From Candidatus Poseidoniaceae archaeon (GTDB taxonomy: Archaea > Thermoplasmatota > Poseidoniia > Poseidoniales > Poseidoniaceae), in NCBI GenBank assembly GCA_943789275.1, contig CALSTM010000002.1, forward strand, positions 480,001-512,000: DNA of 32,000 bases, written 5' to 3'. The notes beneath the pieces were generated by a model. The model ran no database searches. It saw only the letters and a list, made by a program, of their open reading frames with translations, and was not told where the DNA came from. Each line of letters begins with the position of its first letter. Positions within the stretch are counted from its first letter, which is position 1. Positions 23,684 through 32,000 of this stretch are shown here, one piece after another. The position numbers were made by a program, and so were the translations under genes.

Positions 23684-25900
23684 TTACAACAAACTGTGCA
23701 ATAAGGCCTCGAGTTGATTTGCTGCCCGAGGGCAACCAGCAGCTCTGTGTTGCGTTATGGCTTCTTTGAGAGCAACTTTTTGCAGCGAAGGTTGGAGATG
23801 GGATTTACAAAACCACCACCGAGCATGAAGGCGATGAAGCATCATACTGCTTGGAGAGGAGTTTGGTTTGGTGACGCTCTTGAAATGCTCTTGGGCTAAA
23901 TCGACATCCAGTTCCAACAACGATTCCACAAGAGACAAACGGAGTGCGTCTTGGTGAGTAAGGCTCGGTTGAACTTCAATGGCTTGAAGAGTTGATTCGA
24001 TGACGTTGGTTAAATCCACAGGATTATCCTGCATCTGAACCAATGTGGATTTGGCTTCAAGACCGATGATGATACCGTTTTTCAAACTGGAAATCGAAGA
24101 GAGATTGGCTCGTAAAGTATCGGCTTTGCTAAAATCACGCTCTGCTAAGGCGACTGCATGTTGAACCATGGTGAGGGCCACGACCGTCACTGCTCGTTGT
24201 TCTGCGTCTTCAGGCAACTCGATGTGTGAAAGATAGCGTTTGATATCTTTAGCAGCATCTTTACTGAGTTCCGTCGAAATCCGATCATCCAATCGGCGAG
24301 ATGCTGCGGACAATGCCAATTGATTCTTTTGATGCTGGTTTCCAAGTTCAAACCCCTTCTCAATACTTTTTTCTGCATCTTGAAGTCGGCCTTCGAGGTA
24401 AGCCAATCCAATGTTAATTTCATTGATTGAACCTTCATCCTCGATTTCCGTCAAATGACGATGAGCGTGCTTCGGCTCACAGCGTTCAAGAGCAATTTTA
24501 GCAGCAAGGTAATGCAGATGCGAAGGTGCCTTAGATGCCTCTATCGCCTGTTCCAACAAGACTGAAAGTGCGCTGCTATGAGAGGGTGATAATCGTTCAT
24601 AAGCAGTAGTGCAATGGGCGTCAAGTCCTTCGGACTGGGCACAAATGCGATGGAATAAAAGCACGACATAATCGTCAGCAGTTTCAGCACAAGTCTCCCA
24701 ATGTCCTACCGCTAAACGATGTAATTTTTGTTTCTCTTCACTGGACATCGAAGTTCGTCGGACATTACGAACAAGGTGTTGAATTTCCATCTTTTCCATG
24801 CCCGAGGTCCATCGTAAGAATGCATAGTCGTCAAGCGTCCCTACAATCTCATCGTCGTAGGCCTTCTTCGCCTCCACAGGTTGGGGGAGCAACACGAGAT
24901 GGTCCATTCCGGAACGAGTTGGAGTGTCAAGAGTCGAGAGGACAACGTCTTCAACATAGGATTGTATGTCGGCATTTTCCTCAGGTAAAGCCGTATCCTG
25001 TTGGTACAGCTGGAGAGCAAGAGGGTGCCCTCCAAGTCGTTCAGCGATGTGAAGAGCCTCCTTTCGAGGAAGAGATTTTCCGAGTAATTTCACTGCCTCG
25101 TTGGTCTCAAGCGGGGGTATAGAGACGCGGTTCATTGCTTCGAACCCTGGCAAAGATTCCCGGCCGATGAACATCATTTTTGGACCTTGCAACCCTTTCA
25201 TATGCTGACAAATCGAAACAAAAGTCCCCAAATGCCGTGAAGAAATCATGTGGACATCATCGACAATCAATACCTCATCCTTACACTCTTGAGCCAAGTG
25301 CTCTGCCAAAGCATCCGCATCGCTGGGTAATTCACTCAAAATCGACATCGAACGGCACAGTGTCTCAAAATCAGAATACTCATTCGCGGTACACCAACGC
25401 ACATTCAATCCATTTGACACCAATTTCCCTGCTGCGGCAAGGCCAACCGCAGTTTTTCCAATTCCCGGCAATCCACTGATGAAAAGGCAATGCTGCTGAT
25501 GAATTTCATCGTAAACAGCATCGATTAGAGGAGAACGCCCGTAGACGGTGCCCGGTGTAGGTGCGTCTCCAAACATTCTTCCTTCGGAACTGCTTTTCCG
25601 AGGTTTCGAAGTATCATCACCCAATGTGGAAAGAAGTTTTCGACCTTCTTCGGTGAGATGATAGACGTTTCTTCGGCGTGAGCCACCGCCAATCACATGC
25701 GCCATTCGCTTGAAAACAAGGTCCTGTTTTTCCAATTGTGTGAGTGGTACATTAAGCGCTGAACGAACGACACCAAGGGATTCACTTATCCCAGGAAGCG
25801 AGATTTCTCGTGTCACATCCCATGCTTTTTCAAGGCTGGTCGAGTAGTTGCCCAACCATCTCAAGAGACGCTCTTGAGGCATAGAGAGTTCTCCTGACAT
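23684..25900 (-). CDS. STAND-class NTPase with an N-terminal winged HTH, an NB-ARC-like P-loop domain and a C-terminal alpha-helical (TPR/SUPR-like) repeat region
   Basis: The wHTH segment is ISESLGVVRSALNVPLTQLEKQDLVFKRMAHVIGGGSRRRNVYHLTEEGRKLL. Walker A is GLPGIGKT (25451-25474) and Walker B is EVLIVDDVH. The NB-ARC signature GGHPLAL is present. About 400 aa of helical repeats follow. Confidence 0.75.
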   Translation of the reverse strand: MSGELSMPQERLLRWLGNYSTSLEKAWDVTREISLPGISESLGVVRSALNVPLTQLEKQDLVFKRMAHVIGGGSRRRNVYHLTEEGRKLLSTLGDDTSKPRKSSSEGRMFGDAPTPGTVYGRSPLIDAVYDEIHQQHCLFISGLPGIGKTAVGLAAAGKLVSNGLNVRWCTANEYSDFETLCRSMSILSELPSDADALAEHLAQECKDEVLIVDDVHMISSRHLGTFVSICQHMKGLQGPKMMFIGRESLPGFEAMNRVSIPPLETNEAVKLLGKSLPRKEALHIAERLGGHPLALQLYQQDTALPEENADIQSYVEDVVLSTLDTPTRSGMDHLVLLPQPVEAKKAYDDEIVGTLDDYAFLRWTSGMEKMEIQHLVRNVRRTSMSSEEKQKLHRLAVGHWETCAETADDYVVLLFHRICAQSEGLDAHCTTAYERLSPSHSSALSVLLEQAIEASKAPSHLHYLAAKIALERCEPKHAHRHLTEIEDEGSINEINIGLAYLEGRLQDAEKSIEKGFELGNQHQKNQLALSAASRRLDDRISTELSKDAAKDIKRYLSHIELPEDAEQRAVTVVALTMVQHAVALAERDFSKADTLRANLSSISSLKNGIIIGLEAKSTLVQMQDNPVDLTNVIESTLQAIEVQPSLTHQDALRLSLVESLLELDVDLAQEHFKSVTKPNSSPSSMMLHRLHARWWFCKSHLQPSLQKVALKEAITQHRAAGCPRAANQLEALLHSLL

Positions 25901-25981
25901 GGCTTAAGCCAAGACGCCTCCACCTTCTAAGTCCACCCCTTTCTGCTTCAGTGTAGGTACAAGTCAAACTCTAGATATCCT

Positions 25982-26524
25982 TCACTGCTTCGCATGAAGT
26001 TCCGGCCAAGGCCTTTGGTCGTCCCAAGTCGCCCATTCTTGGACCCATGGTTCCATGAACGTATTCGCTTCAAAACCGAGTGCTGTCATGACCTCCATTG
26101 GTAATGCCGTACCCCCTTTCATTCGCAACGCAGTCCGAACAAGAGCCGAAGAGCAAACTGCTCCTGCTTGTTCAGTTGTATGCTGAAAATAGAAGAATTT
26201 GTCATCCATTCCAACCAATTGGGTTCGAATCCGTACTTTTCGGAAAGGTGCAAGCCGTTTTCGATACCGAATACTCGAACCGCCAACAACGAAAGCTAAG
26301 CGGTTTTTTCGGACGTATTTTACCAATCCAATGGTAAAAGCGAGGTCATACCGAGCCAAGTCAAACAAAACAAAATGACGCCCGTTATTCACTTCAGGAT
26401 AGACATCTAAGTCCCCAATCAAAGGACGATAGGTGGTGTAAAAATCCCCTCGCCAATCAACCGTTTTCCTCTTTCGAAACGCAGAACCAACGGCCATACG
26501 GAAGAGGCGGAAGTAAGGGTACAC
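25982..26524 (-). CDS. Hotdog-fold thioesterase-like protein (4HBT_2 / acyl-CoA thioesterase-like)
   Basis: GDLDVYPEVNNGRHFVLFDLARYDLAFTIG resembles the D-x-D-x-x-x-H-x-N-N-G-R-Y-L...D-L-x-R block of this family. The GTG start is preceded by AGGAG plus 4 nt. Confidence 0.55.
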   Translation of the reverse strand: MYPYFRLFRMAVGSAFRKRKTVDWRGDFYTTYRPLIGDLDVYPEVNNGRHFVLFDLARYDLAFTIGLVKYVRKNRLAFVVGGSSIRYRKRLAPFRKVRIRTQLVGMDDKFFYFQHTTEQAGAVCSSALVRTALRMKGGTALPMEVMTALGFEANTFMEPWVQEWATWDDQRPWPELHAKQ

Positions 26525-26607
26525 AACTCCTGCAAAATCAGCCCGTTGTTGAAGATTCTCCCGTTAAATCAAGAGAGGGTTGAATCGAAGTGAGGATTCA
26601 AGATGTA

Positions 26608-27321
26608 TCAATTGATGGTTGCGGAGTAAAGGACAACTGGAGAAACTGGACGGTCACCAGGCTCTGTTGAAACTTCTGAGAGGGTCGTAACATGTTCACA
26701 ACCTTCGGTGATTTGTCCGAACACGGTGTGGACTCCATCGAGCCAATAGTGATGTTGGATGTCATCAGGTATCAAGAAGAATTGAGAACCACCGGTGTTG
26801 GCTTGAGAGGTCTTGGCCATCGAAATGACGCACGGATAATGCATGAGGCCGTTGTCTGCTTCGTCCGGAATGGTCCACGAAGTTTGCTCGCATTCGGATT
26901 GGTTTGAAGCGCTTTGGCCACCGCAATAACCGTACCAATCGGCTGCATAGCCACCGGATCCATCGTGATTCTCAAAATCTCCACCTTGAATCATGAAATC
27001 ATCAATGATTCGGTGGAATGTCGACATGTTGTAATTTCCTGCCTCGATATGCTTCAACATGTTATCGGCGTGAACAGGAGCCGCAGTATGGTTGAGCATG
27101 ATGGTGATGGTGTAAGTGGCGGTTGCATTTTGCAAACTTTCACCTTGGAAAAGATTCAGCGAGACATTGCTGTATGTACCGTTATACATCGGATCAAAAG
27201 CCCAGTTTGAGGATGGAAATTCCTCATCGACTCCCTCAATACATCCCGGTATAAGAACGAGCAGAACAGCAAACAAAACCTTCACTTTCATAGTATCAAA
27301 CATCCCCAAACACCTCTCCAT
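26608..27321 (-). CDS. Secreted or lipid-anchored cyclophilin-type peptidyl-prolyl cis-trans isomerase
   Basis: Cyclophilin blocks are present: FHRIIDDFMIQGGDF, VISMAKTSQANTGGSQFFL and LDGVHTVFGQITEG. The signal peptide MKVKVLFAVLLVLIPGC has a lipobox-like Cys. The true start may be ATG 27303 or 27291. Confidence 0.85.
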   Translation of the reverse strand: MERCLGMFDTMKVKVLFAVLLVLIPGCIEGVDEEFPSSNWAFDPMYNGTYSNVSLNLFQGESLQNATATYTITIMLNHTAAPVHADNMLKHIEAGNYNMSTFHRIIDDFMIQGGDFENHDGSGGYAADWYGYCGGQSASNQSECEQTSWTIPDEADNGLMHYPCVISMAKTSQANTGGSQFFLIPDDIQHHYWLDGVHTVFGQITEGCEHVTTLSEVSTEPGDRPVSPVVLYSATIN

Positions 27322-27399
27322 AATGAACGATTCGACATCGATTCATCGGTATCCGATGTTGATGGGTTGCCTTATGTGGGTGGGCATCAAGCCGACATC

Positions 27400-29127
27400 A
27401 TGCCAGTGACCCTCTCTTCGGTGGACTTCCCGAAGAAGCCAGGGGTATATCTTTTCAAGACTGAAAAGGGAAAAGTGCTCTACGTTGGAAAAGCAACGAG
27501 ATTGAATGAGCGAATTCGCTCCTATTTCGCAGCCAATCCAGACCGTCAAATGATTCCCGAACTGGTGAGGAAATCCGATTCCATCGAGTGCATGGTCACT
27601 CCGAATCCTGAAGAAGCCCTCATCCTCGAGCGTGAACTGATTCGACAACACAAACCTCGTTACAATTCGATGCTTAAGGACGATAAATCGTATCCCTTCT
27701 TGGTGCTCACCGACGAAGAGTTTCCCCGAATCATGTACACTCGTCACCCACCCAAACAAAGCGCTCGCTGGGGGCCGTTTCCAAATGCTGGTGCAGCAAA
27801 ACAAGTCATGCAATTACTGCGTCGCCAATTTGGAATTCGCGACTGCAAGGATTTACTACCTCAGGGCTGCCTCTCCATGCACATTGGATTGTGTTCCGGG
27901 CCCTGTATTTCGGGTGAAGGATATGCTGAGAGTGTCGATGCTGCCAAACGTATTCTCAACGGTGATGCTGCAGAATTATTGGAAGAGTTTGCCGTGCAGA
28001 TGGACGCTGCATCTCATGAGATGCAATTCGAAAAAGCAGCTCAAAGTCGAGACATGATTCGGGCCATCCGAACCACAACAGGTCAACACGTCGTCTCCAG
28101 CAAAGTTTACCGTGATTGCGATGCTTTGGGTATTGGCGTTCAAGGAGATTTAGCAGCAGTTGTTGTCGTCCATGCCAACAACGGCGTCGTACAGGGGCAA
28201 GAGGTATGGCCAATGCTGCACAGAGGCAATGTCAATGAAACCGTATCGATGTTCGTGTCCGAACATTACACGAATCGAACTCCGCCGCGATTACTGGTCA
28301 CGCCTGAACCGCTTGAAGACGGTACGGAGCAATGGCTCACAAAGCGCCGTGGTTCAAAGGTCGAAGTCCGCATACCGGCGCGCGGTGACCTTGTGACTCT
28401 CCAAACCCTCGCTCAACAAAATGCTGAAATCCAAATCGTCCAACTGTCCAGTAAAACCAGTGGCTCACTTGAACAGCGCGCTGCTGATGAAGGGGCTGCT
28501 CTGCTGGGACTCGAGCAACTTGACCACATTGTCTGTTTTGACATGGCTCAACTTTTGGGTGATGAAAGGGTTGGGGCCAGTGTATCGTTTCGTAACGGCA
28601 GACCAGAGAAAAAAGAATACAGAAAATACACCATCAAAGGGGAAGCGATGGATGATTTACGAATGATGAGAGAAGTGGTCGAGCGCTGGCTGAAGCGCCA
28701 AGATGAATGGCCTGATATGGTTCTCATCGATGGTGGTGAAACGCACCTCTCAACCATTTCTGGATTGATTGAGGAACACGGACTCACTGGACGTTTTGAA
28801 CTGGCTGCACTTGCGAAACGTGAAGAGACCATCTTCAGAAAGAATGCTGTACCGCTTATTCTTGACCGTAAAGGCCGGGTGATGGTCCATGCACGAGATG
28901 AAGCACACAGATTCGTTAACACCTTCCATCGTAAGCGACGGAGTCGAAGAAAACTTAACGATCCGTTGGGAGAAGTCGAAGGGCTTGGAGCAAAGAAAAT
29001 GCAGAACTTGTTGAGGCATTTCGGTGGCCGGCAAGGAATCGCTCATGCTTCACTTCAAGATTTGAAAACAGTTCCCGGTATTGGCCCTTCGCTGGCCATG
29101 AGAATTCATTCGGCGTTGCACGAATAA
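27400..29127 (+). CDS. uvrC: Excinuclease ABC subunit C (UvrC)
   Basis: The GIY-YIG block PKKPGVYLFKTEKGKVLYVGKATRLNERIRSYF...YNSMLKDDKSYP is present. So are a UVR-like helix (QFEKAAQSRDMIRAI), an RNase H-like endonuclease region and a C-terminal helix-hairpin-helix (LQDLKTVPGIGPSLAMRI). I prefer ATG 27400 to the track TTG at 27367. Confidence 0.9.
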   Translation: MPVTLSSVDFPKKPGVYLFKTEKGKVLYVGKATRLNERIRSYFAANPDRQMIPELVRKSDSIECMVTPNPEEALILERELIRQHKPRYNSMLKDDKSYPFLVLTDEEFPRIMYTRHPPKQSARWGPFPNAGAAKQVMQLLRRQFGIRDCKDLLPQGCLSMHIGLCSGPCISGEGYAESVDAAKRILNGDAAELLEEFAVQMDAASHEMQFEKAAQSRDMIRAIRTTTGQHVVSSKVYRDCDALGIGVQGDLAAVVVVHANNGVVQGQEVWPMLHRGNVNETVSMFVSEHYTNRTPPRLLVTPEPLEDGTEQWLTKRRGSKVEVRIPARGDLVTLQTLAQQNAEIQIVQLSSKTSGSLEQRAADEGAALLGLEQLDHIVCFDMAQLLGDERVGASVSFRNGRPEKKEYRKYTIKGEAMDDLRMMREVVERWLKRQDEWPDMVLIDGGETHLSTISGLIEEHGLTGRFELAALAKREETIFRKNAVPLILDRKGRVMVHARDEAHRFVNTFHRKRRSRRKLNDPLGEVEGLGAKKMQNLLRHFGGRQGIAHASLQDLKTVPGIGPSLAMRIHSALHE

Positions 29128-32000
29128 TCAGTCAAACCTGTCGTCGCCCATCGCAGATGAAGTCGGTGGAAGAGGAGGGGCTACATCCTCTTGATAGTCC
29201 TTCAAAGCCTCCATATCGCCATGTATTCCTTTGCTGTGGAAGCCAGAAAGGTCAGCGAATTCAGTTGGATTTATGCTGACTTTATGGGCTGAATGCGCTT
29301 TAGCCGCGTTTTTGATTTTCTTCTTGCGCAGTTTACGTTTCTTACGTCGACGTACAGCGAGAACAATCAAAATAGCGACGATTCCAAAGTATTTCCATAG
29401 CTGAATGAAGAAGAAATACCATTTCACTTTGAACTTGAACGTGATGTCGTCTTCAAATTCACCGTACGGGACATTGTAGGTAATCTGTTGCCTGCCATCG
29501 ACTTCCTTAATCTCGATGTTGCCTGCAGACGAATTGAGGTATGAGAATTCGAGACCCTTTGGCATTGTAACAGTAAACGGGCCGGTCCAACCCACATCGA
29601 ACTCCTCGTTGACCGTACTGTTGGTGAGGAAAAAGGGCACAGTTACTCGCTCAGGAGGAATGTTAACACCAGAGGGAGAGAATATGGAAAAGATTCCGGA
29701 CGTAAGGGCGTTGCTGAAGGAATCGACCATGCTCGCCATCGGCCCCAGTATCAAATTTTGAACAGCGTTCGTTGTTGTTAGCGTATATTCAGCAGATGCA
29801 AAATTGCCAGTCCACATTTCTGCAAGGTTGCCGTCCACTTCCATTTTGAATCGAACTTTGGGGATTTTCATTGAAAGGAAGATTCCTTCGTTATCAGAGA
29901 CCACGAAATCAGGAGCATCGATTCCACCAATGCTGAATTCGATAACAAACGCATCCAAATCAACGGATTTGATTTTCGTCGAATGGGTTTCGAGATAATA
30001 GGCAATGGTTTGATGAATGAAATCGGTTAAAACATCACCCAAACGATCGACAAATGCCGTAATGCCTTCGCTGGAGAATACAAAAGTAATGTTTTCTGCA
30101 CAGACCGGCATGTATTCTTTCATTTCATCGGTGCAGTAGTCGGAAAAGTTCAGCGTTCGAGTTAACGGAGAGGCCAACCGGCTGGAAATATCGACACCAA
30201 GCCGTATCAAATCCGAAGGGATTGCTTCCATTCCAATACTGTGATTTTCAAACGTTGGAATACGGTCTTGAGGAATGCCGATACGGTGCAAAGCCACACT
30301 GGCATCGAGGGCAAATTCCACCGAAACAGAACGGTCCCATTCATTGAAATCAAATTCCATAGCATCCAAGCCGCCAACGTTAGCGATACACGTTGATTGA
30401 TTGGAATAACAAGCCACATCACCGTTTTCATTTTTGATAACATTGCGCCAATCGTATTGATTAACACCTGAAAAAGAAATACTGAGTTCGTCGTCGCCAT
30501 TGAGGGATTCCTTCAATGTAATTCGATCCGAACCATCCATTGTTTGAATCCAGTCGGGGAGAATAATTTCCAATGTAAGTTCTGATGGAGGCAGATTGTC
30601 AGGGATTATACCAGCAAGGAAGCCGCTGTCAAGTGAAGTTTGAAACTCGATACCTGAATTCATAACTCGCCGGAAATCCTCAGTAGAAAGTACATCCAGA
30701 ACCTCTGCCACTTCCTCATTTTCATTGTTTTCTTTCATGATATCAAGCAAACGCATAGAGAACGGTTGGCTCGTTGTACGCAGGTAAACCGGATGTTCAT
30801 AGGACATGGCTTTCGGGCCTTCGACACAATAGTACAACGGCTTGTTGGGTGGAACGATTTCTGTACATCCCGTTGAATGTGTGAAATTGAGACCGCCATC
30901 TGGGCCAGAAATGCCTTCACCGGACGTCGTGTCAACCCATGTCATCGGGTTCATTTGAATCGTTTCCATTCCAGCCACCGTCGAGGAGATGCCTTCAGCA
31001 ATCGTATTTACCGGGAATTGAGTGGTGATGTTGGAAAGGTCCACGATATCGTTGTGATACGCAAGACGGATACCGTCGGATGTTACTTGATTCATCGTTG
31101 CGCGCTCGGCCACACTCATCATCGAGATGCCCCAATCGCTCATGGTCTCTTGATCCAAGTAGTGTAAAGCGACTATGAAGTCCAAGGATGCTGCCTCTTC
31201 AACTCTCAAATCAAGACGAATCTGTAAATCCAGTGCTTTTTCACCGTCCGGTATCACGACGGTGGAGGTGTCTGTTCTGTTCCGATGCACCATTTCGACT
31301 TCGATGGGTAAAGCGAGGTTGTCGTCGTTTTCTCCAGCGTTCCTGTGGTCAATCTCCCATTCACCCGCAAAATATGCTGGCGGTCCTGGGCGTGCTGCGC
31401 GAGTTCCGTTGGCATCAACGCTCTTGATGGTCGCGTAATCAGGAGGGTTAAACGAATACGAGGACTTGTGACCAGGAAGGCCGACCAGGTCGAACATTGT
31501 AGTCACTTCAGTACCCATCACAAGAAGTCCCTGGTATGCTCTCTCAAGGTCCAAATTAGAATTCGATGCGAGGTTGAAAGTGTCTGGGGAAAGAGTGATG
31601 TCGACGCTGCTTTGAATGCAGATGGGCGGTTCAAAGGCGTTGTTGGTTGTCGCTCCTTCATCAGAAGCATCGGTTAATTCATCGATAGAGCACTGAACAG
31701 TAACTCCGTCGTTGGTGAATGAGCTGACGTAATCGGTCATGGGTGAAGAGGCTGAACCAAAGCCTGATTCGACCGAATCTTCGATGGATTTATCGATTTC
31801 CGTAATCAGTTGGTCTTGCACTCGAACACCAGGTGAATTGGGCAGTGGAGTATTGAATTGATCTCGAATCAAGTCGGCTGGAGCACCATCTTTTGCATCG
31901 AGGCCGTCGTTTGCCAGTGCCAATTGAACCGCAGGTATACTGTCAAGTCCGAGTGCTGTGCGGTTAAACTCACGTATGGCCCAAACCAAATCGAGTCGGA
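29128..32000 (-). CDS. Large type I membrane protein with a >900-aa ectodomain of no recognisable family (5' end beyond the right edge), a TM helix, a poly-basic stop-transfer and an acidic tail
   Basis: The frame stays open to position 32000 with no upstream stop, and the track start is only a TTG. The C-terminal TM segment WYFFFIQLWKYFGIVAILIVLAV is followed by RRRKKRKLRKKKIK and a 60-aa tail ending MGDDRFD. I recognise no repeat or enzymatic motifs. Confidence 0.7.
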   Translation of the reverse strand, partial: RLDLVWAIREFNRTALGLDSIPAVQLALANDGLDAKDGAPADLIRDQFNTPLPNSPGVRVQDQLITEIDKSIEDSVESGFGSASSPMTDYVSSFTNDGVTVQCSIDELTDASDEGATTNNAFEPPICIQSSVDITLSPDTFNLASNSNLDLERAYQGLLVMGTEVTTMFDLVGLPGHKSSYSFNPPDYATIKSVDANGTRAARPGPPAYFAGEWEIDHRNAGENDDNLALPIEVEMVHRNRTDTSTVVIPDGEKALDLQIRLDLRVEEAASLDFIVALHYLDQETMSDWGISMMSVAERATMNQVTSDGIRLAYHNDIVDLSNITTQFPVNTIAEGISSTVAGMETIQMNPMTWVDTTSGEGISGPDGGLNFTHSTGCTEIVPPNKPLYYCVEGPKAMSYEHPVYLRTTSQPFSMRLLDIMKENNENEEVAEVLDVLSTEDFRRVMNSGIEFQTSLDSGFLAGIIPDNLPPSELTLEIILPDWIQTMDGSDRITLKESLNGDDELSISFSGVNQYDWRNVIKNENGDVACYSNQSTCIANVGGLDAMEFDFNEWDRSVSVEFALDASVALHRIGIPQDRIPTFENHSIGMEAIPSDLIRLGVDISSRLASPLTRTLNFSDYCTDEMKEYMPVCAENITFVFSSEGITAFVDRLGDVLTDFIHQTIAYYLETHSTKIKSVDLDAFVIEFSIGGIDAPDFVVSDNEGIFLSMKIPKVRFKMEVDGNLAEMWTGNFASAEYTLTTTNAVQNLILGPMASMVDSFSNALTSGIFSIFSPSGVNIPPERVTVPFFLTNSTVNEEFDVGWTGPFTVTMPKGLEFSYLNSSAGNIEIKEVDGRQQITYNVPYGEFEDDITFKFKVKWYFFFIQLWKYFGIVAILIVLAVRRRKKRKLRKKKIKNAAKAHSAHKVSINPTEFADLSGFHSKGIHGDMEALKDYQEDVAPPLPPTSSAMGDDRFD

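Noticed and set aside
23684-25900. STAND ATPase read as an antiviral Avs-type defence gene
   Set aside because: The N-terminus is a winged HTH, not a nuclease, protease, TIR or Sir2 effector. No other defence or mobile-element genes are nearby. I keep it as a regulator, although only a DefenseFinder/PADLOC run could settle this.
27343-27813. 156-aa ORF on the minus strand spanning the PPIase-uvrC intergenic region and the 5' end of uvrC
   Set aside because: It is antisense to the strongly conserved GIY-YIG region of UvrC and has no recognisable motifs. It is a typical shadow ORF.
1-32000. Search for tRNA/rRNA genes, transposases, integrases, att-like direct repeats and prophage genes
   Set aside because: Intergenic gaps are all 250 nt or shorter, and none shows tRNA-like T-arm or anticodon-arm features. 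No ORF resembles a recombinase or phage structural protein. I see no evidence that the adhesin locus is mobile.

Overview
This is a gene-dense window: 19 protein genes, roughly 95% coding, GC near 50% by eye. I found no rRNA, tRNA, CRISPR array, transposase or integrase. Recognisable housekeeping genes are an M32 carboxypeptidase (partial, left edge), an M29-type aminopeptidase, thiamine pyrophosphokinase, a divergent GT4/GT2 glycosyltransferase pair, PPK2 polyphosphate kinase, a hotdog-fold thioesterase, a secreted cyclophilin and UvrC. Five single-pass, C-terminally anchored (type I) surface proteins dominate the window and take about 18 kb (~56%). They are a ~2100-aa integrin/thrombospondin-like protein (7 FG-GAP and about 20 TSP3 calcium-binding repeats), an ~860-aa PPC+TSP3 protein heading a 3-gene overlapping operon, a ~440-aa Ig-like protein, a ~1620-aa beta-helix plus PKD-like protein, and a >950-aa orphan running off the right edge. 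Candidate regulators sit among them: two tandem stand-alone RAM (Lrp/AsnC ligand-domain) proteins, a wHTH-NB-ARC-helical-repeat STAND ATPase, and a cytoplasmic protein with an EF-hand pair, a Q-rich repeat and a zinc ribbon. That last reading frame is broken by one extra nucleotide inside a 30-nt tandem repeat. Other oddities are a shared CCCGTAGGG-centred palindrome upstream of both TSP3 genes, all five convergent gene junctions abutting or overlapping, and Trp-acidic motifs in the adhesin cytoplasmic tails. TM-anchored giant adhesins, stand-alone RAM proteins, the peptidase content and extreme compaction suggest a marine planktonic archaeon (Marine Group II / Poseidoniales-like). That assignment is inference only. 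All domain calls come from reading the translations by eye; no database search was run.
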